Assembly (NCBI GenBank): GCA_047602405.1
Contig: JASGHJ010000002.1
Location: 2,688,001 to 2,752,000, forward strand
Origin: Anaeromyxobacteraceae bacterium
GTDB lineage: Bacteria > Myxococcota > Myxococcia > Myxococcales > Anaeromyxobacteraceae
DNA length: 64,000 nucleotides
Direction: 5' to 3'
The position numbers were made by a program, and so were the translations under genes. The first letter of the stretch is position 1. Each line of letters starts with the position of its first letter. The notes below the pieces were generated by a model. That model saw only the letters and a list, made by a program, of their open reading frames with translations, did no database searches and was not told the DNA's origin. Positions 29,104 to 39,100 of the stretch are shown here, one piece after another.

Positions 29104-29853
29104 ATGATCCTCAGCCTCGCCGCCTCGCTCCTCGCCCTCGCCGCGACCGCCCCCGCCCGTGCCGAGGCGTTCACGCCCGGCGAGGAGGCGATCTACCAGG
29201 TCACCTACCTGAAGCTCCCCACCGGCGAGGCCCGCATCTCGGTCGGCGCGCCCCAGGGCAGCATCTGGCCGGTCACCTTCCAGGCGAAGACCGGCGGCAT
29301 CGCGAGCCTGTTCGACATCAAGGAGCACATGGTCTCGTTCTGGGACCACACCACCCGCTCCTCCCGCGGCTCCGACCTGCGCGCGTACGAGGTCGGCGAC
29401 CTCCACGTCGACTCGACCCGCTTCGACCGCGAGAACGGCAAGGCGACGGTCACCATCGAGCGCAAGGGCAAGAAGAAGGTGAAGAACCTCGACGTCCCCT
29501 CCGACGTCCACGAGCTCACGAGCGCCTTCATGTGGCTGCGGCTCCAGCCGCTCGCCGAGGGCCAGACCTACCGGCTCCCGGTCATCGCGAGCAACAAGGC
29601 CTCCACGCTCGTGATGCAGGTCGAGAAGCGCGAGCGGGTGAAGACCCCCGCCGGGCAGTTCGAGGCCTTCAAGCTGAAGGTCGAGACGCAGATCGAGGGC
29701 AAGTTCTCCTCGTCCCGCCCGCTCGCGATGTGGGTCACCAGCGACGACGCCCACGTGCTCCTGCGCGTCGAGGCGGACTTCGCGGTGGGCAGCATGGTGG
29801 TCGCGCTCAAGCGCTACACGCCGGGCGCGCCGATGACCGCGGACGCCCGGTAG
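29104..29853 (+). CDS. DUF3108-like secreted protein
   Basis: Signal peptide; FTPGEE..Y, ERVKTPAGQFEA, LLRVEADFAVGS. Confidence 0.75.
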   Translation: MILSLAASLLALAATAPARAEAFTPGEEAIYQVTYLKLPTGEARISVGAPQGSIWPVTFQAKTGGIASLFDIKEHMVSFWDHTTRSSRGSDLRAYEVGDLHVDSTRFDRENGKATVTIERKGKKKVKNLDVPSDVHELTSAFMWLRLQPLAEGQTYRLPVIASNKASTLVMQVEKRERVKTPAGQFEAFKLKVETQIEGKFSSSRPLAMWVTSDDAHVLLRVEADFAVGSMVVALKRYTPGAPMTADAR

Positions 29854-29899
29854 GGGCCGCTCCGCTCCCCCCGCGGCGCCGGGCGACGCACGTTCGGGC

Positions 29900-31558
29900 G
29901 TGCGCCCGTCCGCCCTCGCCGCGCTCGGCCCCTGCCTCGCGTGCCTCCTCGCGACGACGTCCTGCGTCCCCGCCGCCGCCGCCGCGCCGCGCGCGGGCGC
30001 CGGGGTCGGCGTGGCCACGTCGCTCGAGAAGCTCCGGCCGGACGACCCCCTCCCGGCCGGGCGCGCGATCACCCTCGCCGCGGCGCGCGGCGAGTGCGAG
30101 GCCGCGCAGGTCGCCGTGCGGGCGGGCGCCCGCCCGGTCGCGCTCTCCGCCGCGGCGGCGCCGCTCGCGGGGCCCGGGCGGCTCGAGGTCACGCTCTACC
30201 GCGTGGCGACGATCCGGCTCGCGCGCGGCTCCGGCCCCGAGGGAGAGCCCGGCGAGTGGCCGGACCCGCTCGTCCCGGCGCGGGACCCCTACTTCGGCGA
30301 GGCCCGGCGCGCGTTCCCGGTGCGCCTCGAGCCCGGCCGGCTCGGCGCGGTCTGGGTCGAGGTCTGCGTGCCCGCCGCCGCCCGGCCGGGCGGCTACGCC
30401 GGGGAGGTCGTGCTGACCGACGGTGACGCGCCGCTCGCGCGCGTGCCGGTGAGGGTGCGGGTCTGGCCCTTCGCGCTCCCTCCGACCCCGACCTTCGTCG
30501 CCGCGGCGGGCCTCTCGACGCGCCTCGGGACCCGCGCGCTCGGCGCGCCCGACGACGTCGCCGTGGCCCGGGCCCTCGCGGCCGCCGCGCTCCGCCACCG
30601 GCTCTCGCCCTACGTCCTGTCCGCCGATCCACCCTGGGGCGACTGCACCGCGGCGCGCTGCGCGCTCGACTGGACGCCGCTCGACGCCGAGCTCGCGCCG
30701 GTGCTCGACGGCACGCTCGTGCCGGGCGTGCGCGGCGGCTTCGCCGAGGTGCGCATCCCGGGGAAGGTCTGGGACGGGCCGGAGGCCGACCTCGCCGCCA
30801 CGCTCCTCGCGTGGCGCCGGCACTTCGAGGCGCGCGGCTGGGCCGACCGCCTGTGGCTCTACGTGCTCGACGAGCCCCGGCCCTCCGACCTGCCGGAGCT
30901 CCGCCGGCGCGCCCGGCTCGCGCACGCGGCGGGGATCCGGGTGTTCGTCACCGCGCCGCCCACGCCCGCGCTCGCCGCCGTCGTCGACGCCTGGGCGCCG
31001 CAGGAGCGGCTCGCGACCGCGGCCGGGCCCGGCGCGGCCTCCTTCTCGTACACGTCCTGCTACTCGCACGGCTGCGACGAGCTGCCGGCCGGCGGCCGGG
31101 TGCGGGCCGCGATGCAGAAGGAGTTCTCCGGCTGGCCGGGGTACGTGATCGACCGTCCGGGGACCGCCGCGCGCGCGGTGACGTGGCTCGGCGTGGTCCG
31201 CGGCCTCTCCGGCTCGCTCTACTACGATATGCTCCAGGCGTGGACCCGCGATCCGTGGCGCGACCCGAGGGCGTTCGCCGGCAACGGCGACGGCACCCTC
31301 CTCTACCCGGGCCGGCCGGACGCGCTGGGCGGGGAGCACCCTTTCCCGGTGGAGTCGATCCGGCTGAAGGTCATCCGGGACGCCCTCGAGGACGCGGAGC
31401 TCCTCGCGCTCGCGCGGGAGGCCGGCCTCTCGGCCGAGGTGGACGCCGCGCTCGCGCGGCTCGTGCCCTCGGCGCGCGGCTGGGAGCGCCGGCCCGGGCC
31501 CTGGCTCGCCGAGCGGGCCGCGCTCGCGGATGCCCTCGCGGCGCGCACGGCGAGGTGA
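29900..31558 (+). CDS. DUF4091/GH123-like exported protein
   Basis: AARGECEAAQV, WPDPLVP, YVLDEP, NGDGTLLYPG, SIRLKVIRDALEDAE. Confidence 0.7.
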   Translation: MRPSALAALGPCLACLLATTSCVPAAAAAPRAGAGVGVATSLEKLRPDDPLPAGRAITLAAARGECEAAQVAVRAGARPVALSAAAAPLAGPGRLEVTLYRVATIRLARGSGPEGEPGEWPDPLVPARDPYFGEARRAFPVRLEPGRLGAVWVEVCVPAAARPGGYAGEVVLTDGDAPLARVPVRVRVWPFALPPTPTFVAAAGLSTRLGTRALGAPDDVAVARALAAAALRHRLSPYVLSADPPWGDCTAARCALDWTPLDAELAPVLDGTLVPGVRGGFAEVRIPGKVWDGPEADLAATLLAWRRHFEARGWADRLWLYVLDEPRPSDLPELRRRARLAHAAGIRVFVTAPPTPALAAVVDAWAPQERLATAAGPGAASFSYTSCYSHGCDELPAGGRVRAAMQKEFSGWPGYVIDRPGTAARAVTWLGVVRGLSGSLYYDMLQAWTRDPWRDPRAFAGNGDGTLLYPGRPDALGGEHPFPVESIRLKVIRDALEDAELLALAREAGLSAEVDAALARLVPSARGWERRPGPWLAERAALADALAARTAR

Positions 31559-31562
31559 GCCG

Positions 31563-32321
31563 GTGATCGCCGCCGCGCTCTTGGCGGCGGCCCTCGCGGG
31601 CGGGTGCGGCCCGCCGCAGCCCGCGCCCGGGGCCCGGCCCTTCCGCACCGGTGAGACGCTCACCTACGACCTCGACCTCCTCGGCATGGTGAAGGCGGGC
31701 GACCTCGAGCTCGCGGTCGGCCGGCCGATGTCGGCGGGCAAGATCGTCCCGCTCAAGGCGCGCGCCCGGACGACCGCGCAGGTCTCATCGCTGAAGAAGC
31801 TCGCCGCCGTGGGGCTCTCCTGGGTGGAGGCCGCGACGCTGCTCCCCGAACGCTACCGCGACGAGTCGGAGGAGGGGGGCGTCCACCGCTCCTCCGACGC
31901 GAAGCTGCGCCCGCCCGCGGCGGAGGTCGCGCTCGAGAGCGTCACCGGCGACCAGCGGGGGACGTCGCGCTTCGAGCGGAGGGGTGACGTGCTCGATCCC
32001 GTCTCGACGGTCTTCCTCCTGCGCGCGGCGCGCCTGGAGGCCGGCGAGCGGTTCTGCTTCGACGCCGTGGGCCGGGGCCGCTACTGGCGGGTCGAGGCGA
32101 CCGTCGCGCCGGACCGCGAGCGGGTCGAGACCCCGGCCGGGAAGTTCGACACCGTGCGCGTCGATCTCACCGGGCGCCGCGCCGACGGGCGCGCCGGCGC
32201 GAAGGCCTACGAGGTGCACCTGTGGTTCTCGCGCGACGCCCGGCGGCTGCTCGTCGCGGCGGTGGCCGACCTCGACATCGGGCCGGCGAGCGTGACGCTC
32301 ACCTCGATCCGGACTCCGTGA
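31563..32321 (+). CDS. Second DUF3108-like protein
   Basis: PFRTGETLTY, ERVETPAGKFDT, LWFSRDARRLLV; similar to 29104-29853. Confidence 0.7.
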   Translation: MIAAALLAAALAGGCGPPQPAPGARPFRTGETLTYDLDLLGMVKAGDLELAVGRPMSAGKIVPLKARARTTAQVSSLKKLAAVGLSWVEAATLLPERYRDESEEGGVHRSSDAKLRPPAAEVALESVTGDQRGTSRFERRGDVLDPVSTVFLLRAARLEAGERFCFDAVGRGRYWRVEATVAPDRERVETPAGKFDTVRVDLTGRRADGRAGAKAYEVHLWFSRDARRLLVAAVADLDIGPASVTLTSIRTP

Positions 32322-32334
32322 TCCTCGACCGCAT

Positions 32335-32427
32335 GTCCCGAGCGTAGCCTCCCGCCAAGGTCCGCACGTCCCGAGCGTGGCCCCCGCGCAGCGGGGGCGG
32401 AGACGAGGGGAGGCGGAGTCGAGGGAG
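32335..32427 (+). repeat. Nested pair of REP-like elements
   Basis: Outer TCCCGAGCGTAGCCTCCC...GGGAGGCGGAGTCGAGGGA encloses inner GTCCCGAGCGTGGCCCCCGC...GCGGGGGCGGAGACGAGGGG (32368-32410). Confidence 0.65.
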
Positions 32428-32429
32428 GG

Positions 32430-32825
32430 CTACATCCGCGCGGCGACCTGCGCGAGCCGGCGCCGCAGCGACGAGAGCGTCTGCGAGAGCGCCTCCATCT
32501 TCTCGATGGGCGCGCCGCCGATGGCGAGCGAGAGGAAGCGGCCCTGCGACGGCTCCGGATCGCGGAGCGCGGCGTCCACGTTCGCGACGTAAGCGGCGAC
32601 GGCGGAGAGCGCGGCGCGGGCCTCGGCGAGGTCGTCCTCGAGGAAGTCGAGCACCACGTGCTCGCGCGCGCTCTTGTCGGCGAGCCGCTGGCGCAGCGCC
32701 TCCACCGGGCCGAGGGCGGGCGCGGCCGGCGCGGCGCGAGGCGCGGGGCGCACCGCGGTCGTCGCCAGGGTGGCCTGGACGGACTGGACGGCGCGGGCGA
32801 CGGCGGCGGCGGTCTTGTGGCTCAT
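32430..32825 (-). CDS. Hypothetical helical protein
   Basis: GGAGG RBS; ATGA overlap with the upstream gene. Confidence 0.6.
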   Translation of the reverse strand: MSHKTAAAVARAVQSVQATLATTAVRPAPRAAPAAPALGPVEALRQRLADKSAREHVVLDFLEDDLAEARAALSAVAAYVANVDAALRDPEPSQGRFLSLAIGGAPIEKMEALSQTLSSLRRRLAQVAARM

Positions 32826-33571
32826 GCGGTTCCTCCGGCCTCCCGCGCCGCGCGGCGGCGGCGGACGGCCTCGATGGCGGCGTGGATGCGTGCGGGGCTC
32901 TGGCCCTCGGCGACGAGCTCGCGGACCTCGCGGGCGGCGGCGGCGAGGCCGTCGGGATCGGTGGCGCCGCGGGCCTCGGCGAGCGCGCGGGCGAGCGCCT
33001 CGTCGGGCGCGGCCGGGCGGCGGGGGCGCGGCGGGGCGGCCGGGGACGCGGCGACGCGCGCGGCGACGGGCGGCGGCGGCAGGGCCTCGAGCACCGCGCG
33101 ACCGGAGAGGACGTCGTCGCCGAGCGGCGCGCCGTCGGCCTCGCGCGGCAGGAGCACGCGCCAGAGGGTGCCGCGGTTGTCGCGGTGGAGGGGGCGCGCG
33201 AGCCCGGCGGCGACGACCGCGTCGAGCACGCGCAGCAGGCGGCGCTCGGAGAGGCCGAGCCGGGCCTCGAGGTCGCGCTTCGCGATCCGGCAGAAGTTCC
33301 GCCCCTCGCCCCACGAGAGGCGCAGCAGCTGCAGGTACGCGGCCTGCTCCTCGGCGCGGAGCCGGCGGGAGAGATCGTCGAAGGCCTCGAGCGGGATGGG
33401 CGCGTAGGCGGCGCGCACGCGCACGGCGCCGAGCAGCTCGCCGCCGAAGGGGAGGCGGCGCATCTCGCCGGCCTCGAGGCGCTCGGCGGGCACGGCCGCG
33501 GGATCGACCCGCGCCGTCGTCAGCGCCGCGCTGCCCCGGATGCCCCGGTGGTTGACCCGCCCGCCGCCCAC
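32822..33571 (-). CDS. Hypothetical protein with probable winged helix-turn-helix
   Basis: YLQLLRLSWG...AKRDLEARLGLSERRLLRVLDAVVAAGL...GTLWRV; start uncertain. Confidence 0.55.
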   Translation of the reverse strand: MGGGRVNHRGIRGSAALTTARVDPAAVPAERLEAGEMRRLPFGGELLGAVRVRAAYAPIPLEAFDDLSRRLRAEEQAAYLQLLRLSWGEGRNFCRIAKRDLEARLGLSERRLLRVLDAVVAAGLARPLHRDNRGTLWRVLLPREADGAPLGDDVLSGRAVLEALPPPPVAARVAASPAAPPRPRRPAAPDEALARALAEARGATDPDGLAAAAREVRELVAEGQSPARIHAAIEAVRRRRAAREAGGTA

Positions 33572-33629
33572 GCCCGCTCCTTCCCCGTACCGAACCCAGG
33601 GGACGAGCGTAATCCAGCGATATCGAGGG

Positions 33630-34064
33630 TCAATTTTCCGTCCGCGCGACCTCGGCCTCGAGGCGATCGAGGTTCTGCTCGTTCGCGGGCTCGACGAACG
33701 CGGCGAGCTGGTCGCGCAGCGCCGCGGTCGGGAAGGCCTGGGTCCAGGTGAGCCGCGTGCCGCCCGCCTCGGGGGCGAGCGCGACGGTGAGCACGAAGGG
33801 CGGCGCGTTCAGGTGCTCGATGACGACCAGGTCCGGGTCCACGCGCACGAACCGGCTCTCGTTCGGGAAGTGCTTCCCGTCCGGACCGTGCATGGTGAAG
33901 CGCCACGCACCGCCGGGCCTGGGCTCGCAGACCTCGAAGGTGTTCGTGAAGCCCTTCGGCCCCCACCAGCGCGCGAGGCGGGCGGGATCGACGAAGGCGG
34001 CGAGGACGCGATGGGGCGGCGCCGCGAGACGCCGAGAGGTCGTCAGGGAGCGGCCGTCGTCCAC
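33630..34064 (-). CDS. SRPBCC/AHSA1-domain protein
   Basis: LARWWGPKGFTN, RPGGAWRFTMHGPDG, EQNLDRL. Confidence 0.85.
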   Translation of the reverse strand: MDDGRSLTTSRRLAAPPHRVLAAFVDPARLARWWGPKGFTNTFEVCEPRPGGAWRFTMHGPDGKHFPNESRFVRVDPDLVVIEHLNAPPFVLTVALAPEAGGTRLTWTQAFPTAALRDQLAAFVEPANEQNLDRLEAEVARTEN

Positions 34065-34077
34065 GGAGGCCTCGCTG

Positions 34078-34288
34078 CCGGGGTGGGCCCCGCGGGGCTC
34101 CGCCCCGTGAGGCGGGGGTACGCCCCCGTGCGAAGCGAAGCGGAGCACATCCGGGGGTGGGGCCCCGATCCAGCTCCGCTGGTCGGGGCGGGGGGCTACG
34201 CCCCCCGTGCGAAGCGAAGCGGAGCACATCCGGGGGTGGGGCCCCGATCCAGCTCCGCTGGTCGGGGCGGGGGGCTACGCCCCCCGTG
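34078..34288. repeat. Tandem 79-bp palindromic repeat (two identical units plus a degenerate partial), BIME-like
   Basis: GTGCGAAGCGAAGCGGAGCACATCC... starts at 34128 and 34207; boundary GTG again at 34286. Confidence 0.85.
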
Positions 34289-34292
34289 AAAC

Positions 34293-34812
34293 TCGAGATC
34301 AGGCCGCGGGAGCGACGGAGCAGCTCGATCGTCTTCTGGTACTCGATGTCCCAGGCGGCCGTGCCCTCCTGGAGGTGCTTCAGGCGGGCGCGCGCCTCGC
34401 GATCGATCTCGTCGTCGACGTCGAGGTGCTTCTTGAAGATCTGGTTCACCTTGCGGCGGATCGAGTGGTCGTCGGAGTAGACCTCCTCGACGTTCCTGGA
34501 GATGAGCAGGAACTCGATCATCTGGCCGATGACGTACTCGATGCCCTCGTCGCCCATCTTGAAGCCGCGGACGTCGGCCATCTCGCGCTTCACCTGGTTG
34601 AACCGGGACTGGTCGTAGCCGCGGCGCTCGAGCGCCTCGCGCGTGGCCGCGTTCACCCGCTCCTCGGCCGCGAGGTACTCCTTCATGATGGCGGCCATGT
34701 CCATCTCGGCGTCCGAGATGCGGAGGGTCTCGACCTCGATGTCGCCGTCCTGCATGAGGGTCTGCACGACCTCTCGGGCGATCGTCGGGATGACCTTCGG
34801 GTAAAGCCTCAT
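34293..34812 (-). CDS. DUF507-family protein (stop codon apparently disrupted)
   Basis: MRLYPKVIP...VEEVYSDD...EGTAAWDIEYQK...SRGLI, then ATC TCGA where ATC TGA would be expected. Confidence 0.75.
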
Positions 34813-35050
34813 GGAGTATGCCCCGGTGTCCTCGCTACCCGGGCGGTGCGTGTGCACCGCCGAAGTACGCGATTCGCAAAAGGTAACGCCCTATAAACCC
34901 CGCCCGCGTTTCGAGGCAAGGGAAAAGGCACGTCGGCTGGCATGTTCCGTGCGTTTCTCACCGAACGCACGCGCCCCGTGGGGCTGAAACCCTTCCCGGG
35001 CCCCCCACGGGGGCCCGGGTCGGCACGACCGTGGCGCGCGACCTACCGCC

Positions 35051-35980
35051 TCACGGCTGGTAGATCTTCATGACGTCGGCGAGCAGCTTCAGCGCCTCGG
35101 CCTTCGGGCGCTGGAAGGCGTTGCGGCCCATGATCGAGCCGAACGCGCCGCCGTCCCGGAGGCCCTTGATCTCCTCGAGCACGGCGTCGGCGCCCTTCGC
35201 CTCGCCGCCCGAGAAGATGACGATGCGCTTGCCGTTGAACGCGGCCTGCACGACGTGCTTCACGCGCTCGGCGAGCGTCGAGGTCGGGATCTTCTGCTCC
35301 TCGTAGACCTTCTTCGCCTCGGCCTGCTCGAGGAACGCCTTCGGCGGCTTCACCTTCACGATGTGCGCGCCGAGCTGGCAGGCGATCTGCGCCGCGTACG
35401 CCGCGACGTCGATGGCCGTCTCGCCGTCCTTCGACACGCCGGTGCCGCGCGGGTAGCTCCACACCACGACCGCGAGGCCGGCCTGCTTCGCCTCCTCGGT
35501 CAGGGCGCGCAGCGCCTCGTACTGCGTGTTCCGGGCGTCGGAGGCCGGGTAGATCGTGTAGCCGATCGCCGCGCAGCCGAGGCGGACCGCCTCCTTCACC
35601 GAGGAGGTCACCGCCGAGATCGGCGCGCCGCCGAGCTTCGAGAGCGAGTCGGAGTTGTTCACCTTCAGGATGAGCGGGATCTGGCCGGCGTACTTGTGCG
35701 CGATCGCCTCGATGAAGCCGAGCGGCGCCGCGTATGCGTTGCAGCCGGACTCGATCGCGAGCTGCACGTGGTACTCGGGATCGTAGCCGGCCGGGTTCTT
35801 CGCGAAGGAGCGCGCGGGGCCGTGCTCGAAGCCCTGGTCGACGGGCAGGATGACGAGCTTGCCCGTGCCGGCGAGCGTGCCGGTCATGAGCAGGCGGTAG
35901 AGGTTGGCGCGGGTGCCAGGGCTGTCCGAGTCGTACCAGGACAGGATCTCCTTCACGCGCGCGGTCGTACGCTCCTGCAT
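35051..35980 (-). CDS. fbaB: Class I fructose-bisphosphate aldolase (DhnA type)
   Basis: ILPVDQGFEHGP, WSYPRG, GAHIVKVK, GSIMGRNAFQR. Confidence 0.9.
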   Translation of the reverse strand: MQERTTARVKEILSWYDSDSPGTRANLYRLLMTGTLAGTGKLVILPVDQGFEHGPARSFAKNPAGYDPEYHVQLAIESGCNAYAAPLGFIEAIAHKYAGQIPLILKVNNSDSLSKLGGAPISAVTSSVKEAVRLGCAAIGYTIYPASDARNTQYEALRALTEEAKQAGLAVVVWSYPRGTGVSKDGETAIDVAAYAAQIACQLGAHIVKVKPPKAFLEQAEAKKVYEEQKIPTSTLAERVKHVVQAAFNGKRIVIFSGGEAKGADAVLEEIKGLRDGGAFGSIMGRNAFQRPKAEALKLLADVMKIYQP

Positions 35981-36123
35981 GACTTCCTCCAGGCTTTGTT
36001 CGAGTGCCCCACCGGAACGGGGGGATGTCGGGCCGGTGCGAATCTACGGACACGCAAGGAGCCCCGGCAAGAGAAAAGCCGAGGTCCGGACGCGGTCGCA
36101 TCGCCGCAGGGCCGACCCGCGCG

Positions 36124-39100
36124 TCAGCCGCTCACGGGGTGGCACCGCGGGACGAAGCCACACCCCTCCGAGCGGCAGGTTTCCACCGAGCGTCCCAGCG
36201 CACCCGCCGTCGGCACTTCGCCTCCCAGTGCGAGCCGCGCGAGCCGCGGTGCGTCGCGCTCGAACGCGCGGAGCTCGGCCGCCGACGGCGTGAGCTCGAC
36301 GACGCGGTGGTCGCCGCGCAGGAACACGATCGCCGCGCGCACCTTCGCGCCCGGGTGCGCCCGCGCCGCGGCGAGCGCGTACGCGGCGAGCTGGAAGCGG
36401 TACCGCTCCGCCGCGCCCGGCCGCGGGAGCGCGTACTTGTAATCGATGACGAACACCTCGCCCTTCTCGCGCGCGAGGAGCGCGTCGATCGCGCCGTCGA
36501 GGTAGAGGGCGCCGGCCTTCGAGCCCGGCTCACCGTCGAGCCGGAGCAGGAACGGCACCTCGCGGCGCAGGCGCCCGGCGCGCGCCGCCTTCGCGAGCTC
36601 CTTCCCCGCGGCGGAGTCGAGGAAGCGCGCCACCTCGACGAGGATCCGCTTCACCCCGCGCGCCTCCGGGTCGTGCCCGCGCCGCGCCGCGACCGCCGCG
36701 AGCTGGGCCCGCCGCTCGAGCGGCGGCGCCGCGAGGTCCGCCTCGGAGAGCATCGCGTGCGCGAGCGTGCCGCGGACGGTCGCGCGCCCGGGATCGTCGC
36801 CCGGCTGCATGCCGGACACGCCCCGTGGCTCGGCGAGGCCGAGCACGTGGGCGAAGTGATGGCGGCGAGGGCAGCGGAAGGCGTCGGAGAGAGAGGTGAC
36901 TGCGATGCGGAGAGCGGGGGGAACGGGAACGGGAGCAGGACCGGGATCGGGATCGGGATCGGGATCGGGAGCGTGAGCAGGATCGGGACCGGGAGCGGGG
37001 TCGGGAGCAGGAGCGGGAGCAGGTTCGGGAGCTGCTCCTCCGAGCTCCATCTGCCCCGTCGCGACCCTCCTCACCAACGTCTCATGCTCTGCGACGTCCG
37101 CCAGCGCGCCCTCGAGGATCGCCCTCCACGTCTCCTGCCCCGACCCCTTCGTCGCCTCTCCCGACAGGATCAGGTGGTCCCGCGCCCGCGTCATCGCGAC
37201 GTACAGGAGCCGCCTCGACTCCGCCGCCGCCGACCGGCGGTCCGCGGCCCGCGCGGCCTCGAGCGAGGCGGTCGTCCGCACCGCGTCCGCGAGCGGATCG
37301 ACGAGCGGCGCGCACAGCCTTCCCTCGGCGTCGAGCAGCGGCCGCGGCCGGTCCTGGATCGGCCGCGCCCCGAGGTCCGGCACGAAGACGACCGGCCACT
37401 CGAGCCCCTTCGCCTGGTGGATCGAGAGGAGCGCCACCGCGTCGCCCGCCTCGAGGTCCCCCTCCGGCTCGCGCGGCGGCCGCTCCGCCATGGTCCTCAA
37501 ATGGCGCGAGAGCTCGAGCGCCCCGCCCCCGTCGTCGTGGAAGCGGTGCGCGAGGGCGAGCGCCTTGTGGACGTTCGCGAGCCGCCGCTCGCCGCCGGGG
37601 GACGCGAGGAGCGCCGCGTCGAGCTCGAGGACCTCGACCGCGCGCGCGAGGAGCTCGTGCACCGGCAGCCGGTCGCGCAGCGGCCGGAGCGCCGCGAGCG
37701 TGTCGAGGAGCGCCCCGAGCCGGTCCCACTCGTCGTCCGGCACCGCACCGGGCCCCGCCTCCTCCTCCACCCGGGCTCGGACGGCCGCGGCGCCCTCCCG
37801 GCCGAGCCGGCCGAGGCCGCCCCGGGCGAGCAGGAAGAGCGTGCCGTCGGTGACCGCGCAGAGCGGCGAGCGCAGGAGCGCCGCCCAGGCGGCCGCGTCC
37901 TCCGGGTCGAGGAGCGCCGCGAGGAGCTCGCCGAGGTCGCGGACCTCCGGCGCCTGGTAGAAGCCCTGCCCGCGCGCGACGCGGAACGGGATCCCCGCCG
38001 CGCGCAGCGCCCGCTCGTACACGTCCACCTCGGTGAGCCGGCGGAAGAGCAGCGCGACGTCCGACGGCCGCGGCGCGCGCGCCCGCTCCACCCCGTCCGC
38101 GCCGCGCTCGCGCACGAGCGCCCCTCCCGCGCCGGAGACGAGCGCGCGCACGCGGCGGGCGATCGCCTCCGCCTCGCGGGCGCGCAGCTCGGCGGCCTTG
38201 CCGCCCTCGGCGTCCACGAGGAGCTCGCACGCGGGCCGCGCCCCCTCGGGCCGACGCGGCACCAGCCGGTCGCTCGGCGCGAAGGCGAGCTCGTCGTCGC
38301 GCGGGGCCTCGCCCGCCGGTGCCCGCATCGTGCGCTCGAACACGGCGTTCACGAGGTCGACGACGGCAGGCGCCGAGCGGTGGTTCTCCGACTGGTGGAG
38401 CACCCGCCCCTCGCCGGCCTCGAAGCGGCGCAGCAGCCGGGTGAAGACGCCGAGGTCCGCACCCCGGAACCGGTAGATCGACTGCTTCGCGTCGCCGACC
38501 GCGACCATGATCGGACCCGCGGGCGCGATGCTGCCGGGGTGGGGCCCCGACGGGCTTTGACCGGCGGGGCGGGGGGCGCCGAGCCCCCCGAGGAGATCGA
38601 AGAGCTGCTGCTGGACCGCGTTCACGTCCTGGTACTCGTCGACGAGCAGCGCCCGGTACCGCCCGCGCAGCTCGGCGCGGAGCGCCGGATCCCGGCGGAG
38701 GAGGTCGCGCGCGAGCCGGAGGAGGTCGTCGAAGTCGACCGCGCGGGCGGCCGCCTTCCGGGCCCCGTAGCGCGCCTCGCCGTCCGCCACGAGCGCCGCG
38801 AGCGCGCGGCGCTGGGGCAGCCCCCGGGCGTCGGCGGCGCCCCGCAGCCACGCGTCCACCGCGGCGCCGAGCGCGTCGCGCGCGGCCTTCCCGTCCCCGG
38901 ACAGCCGGCCGCCCTTCGACGCGAGCTTCAGCCCCTCCACGCGCGCGAGCGTCGCCCCCTCGAGCGGCCCCGCGCGGTCCTCCGGGCCGAGCGCCGCGAG
39001 GGCGGCCTGGACCGCGGCGGAGACGCCCACGCCGGCGCCGGCGAGCGCCGCGCCGGCGGCGAGCGCGGCCTCGCGCGCCGCGAGCGCGGGCGCGGGCTCC

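Noticed and set aside
34078..34288. CRISPR array
   Set aside because: Units are identical over 79 bp with no variable spacers, and no cas genes are present. No array lies next to the TnpB-like gene either, so it is not called Cas12.
33520..34857. 445-aa DUF507 read-through ORF
   Set aside because: The extension runs through the tandem repeat and out of frame over the SRPBCC gene; best explained by a damaged stop codon.
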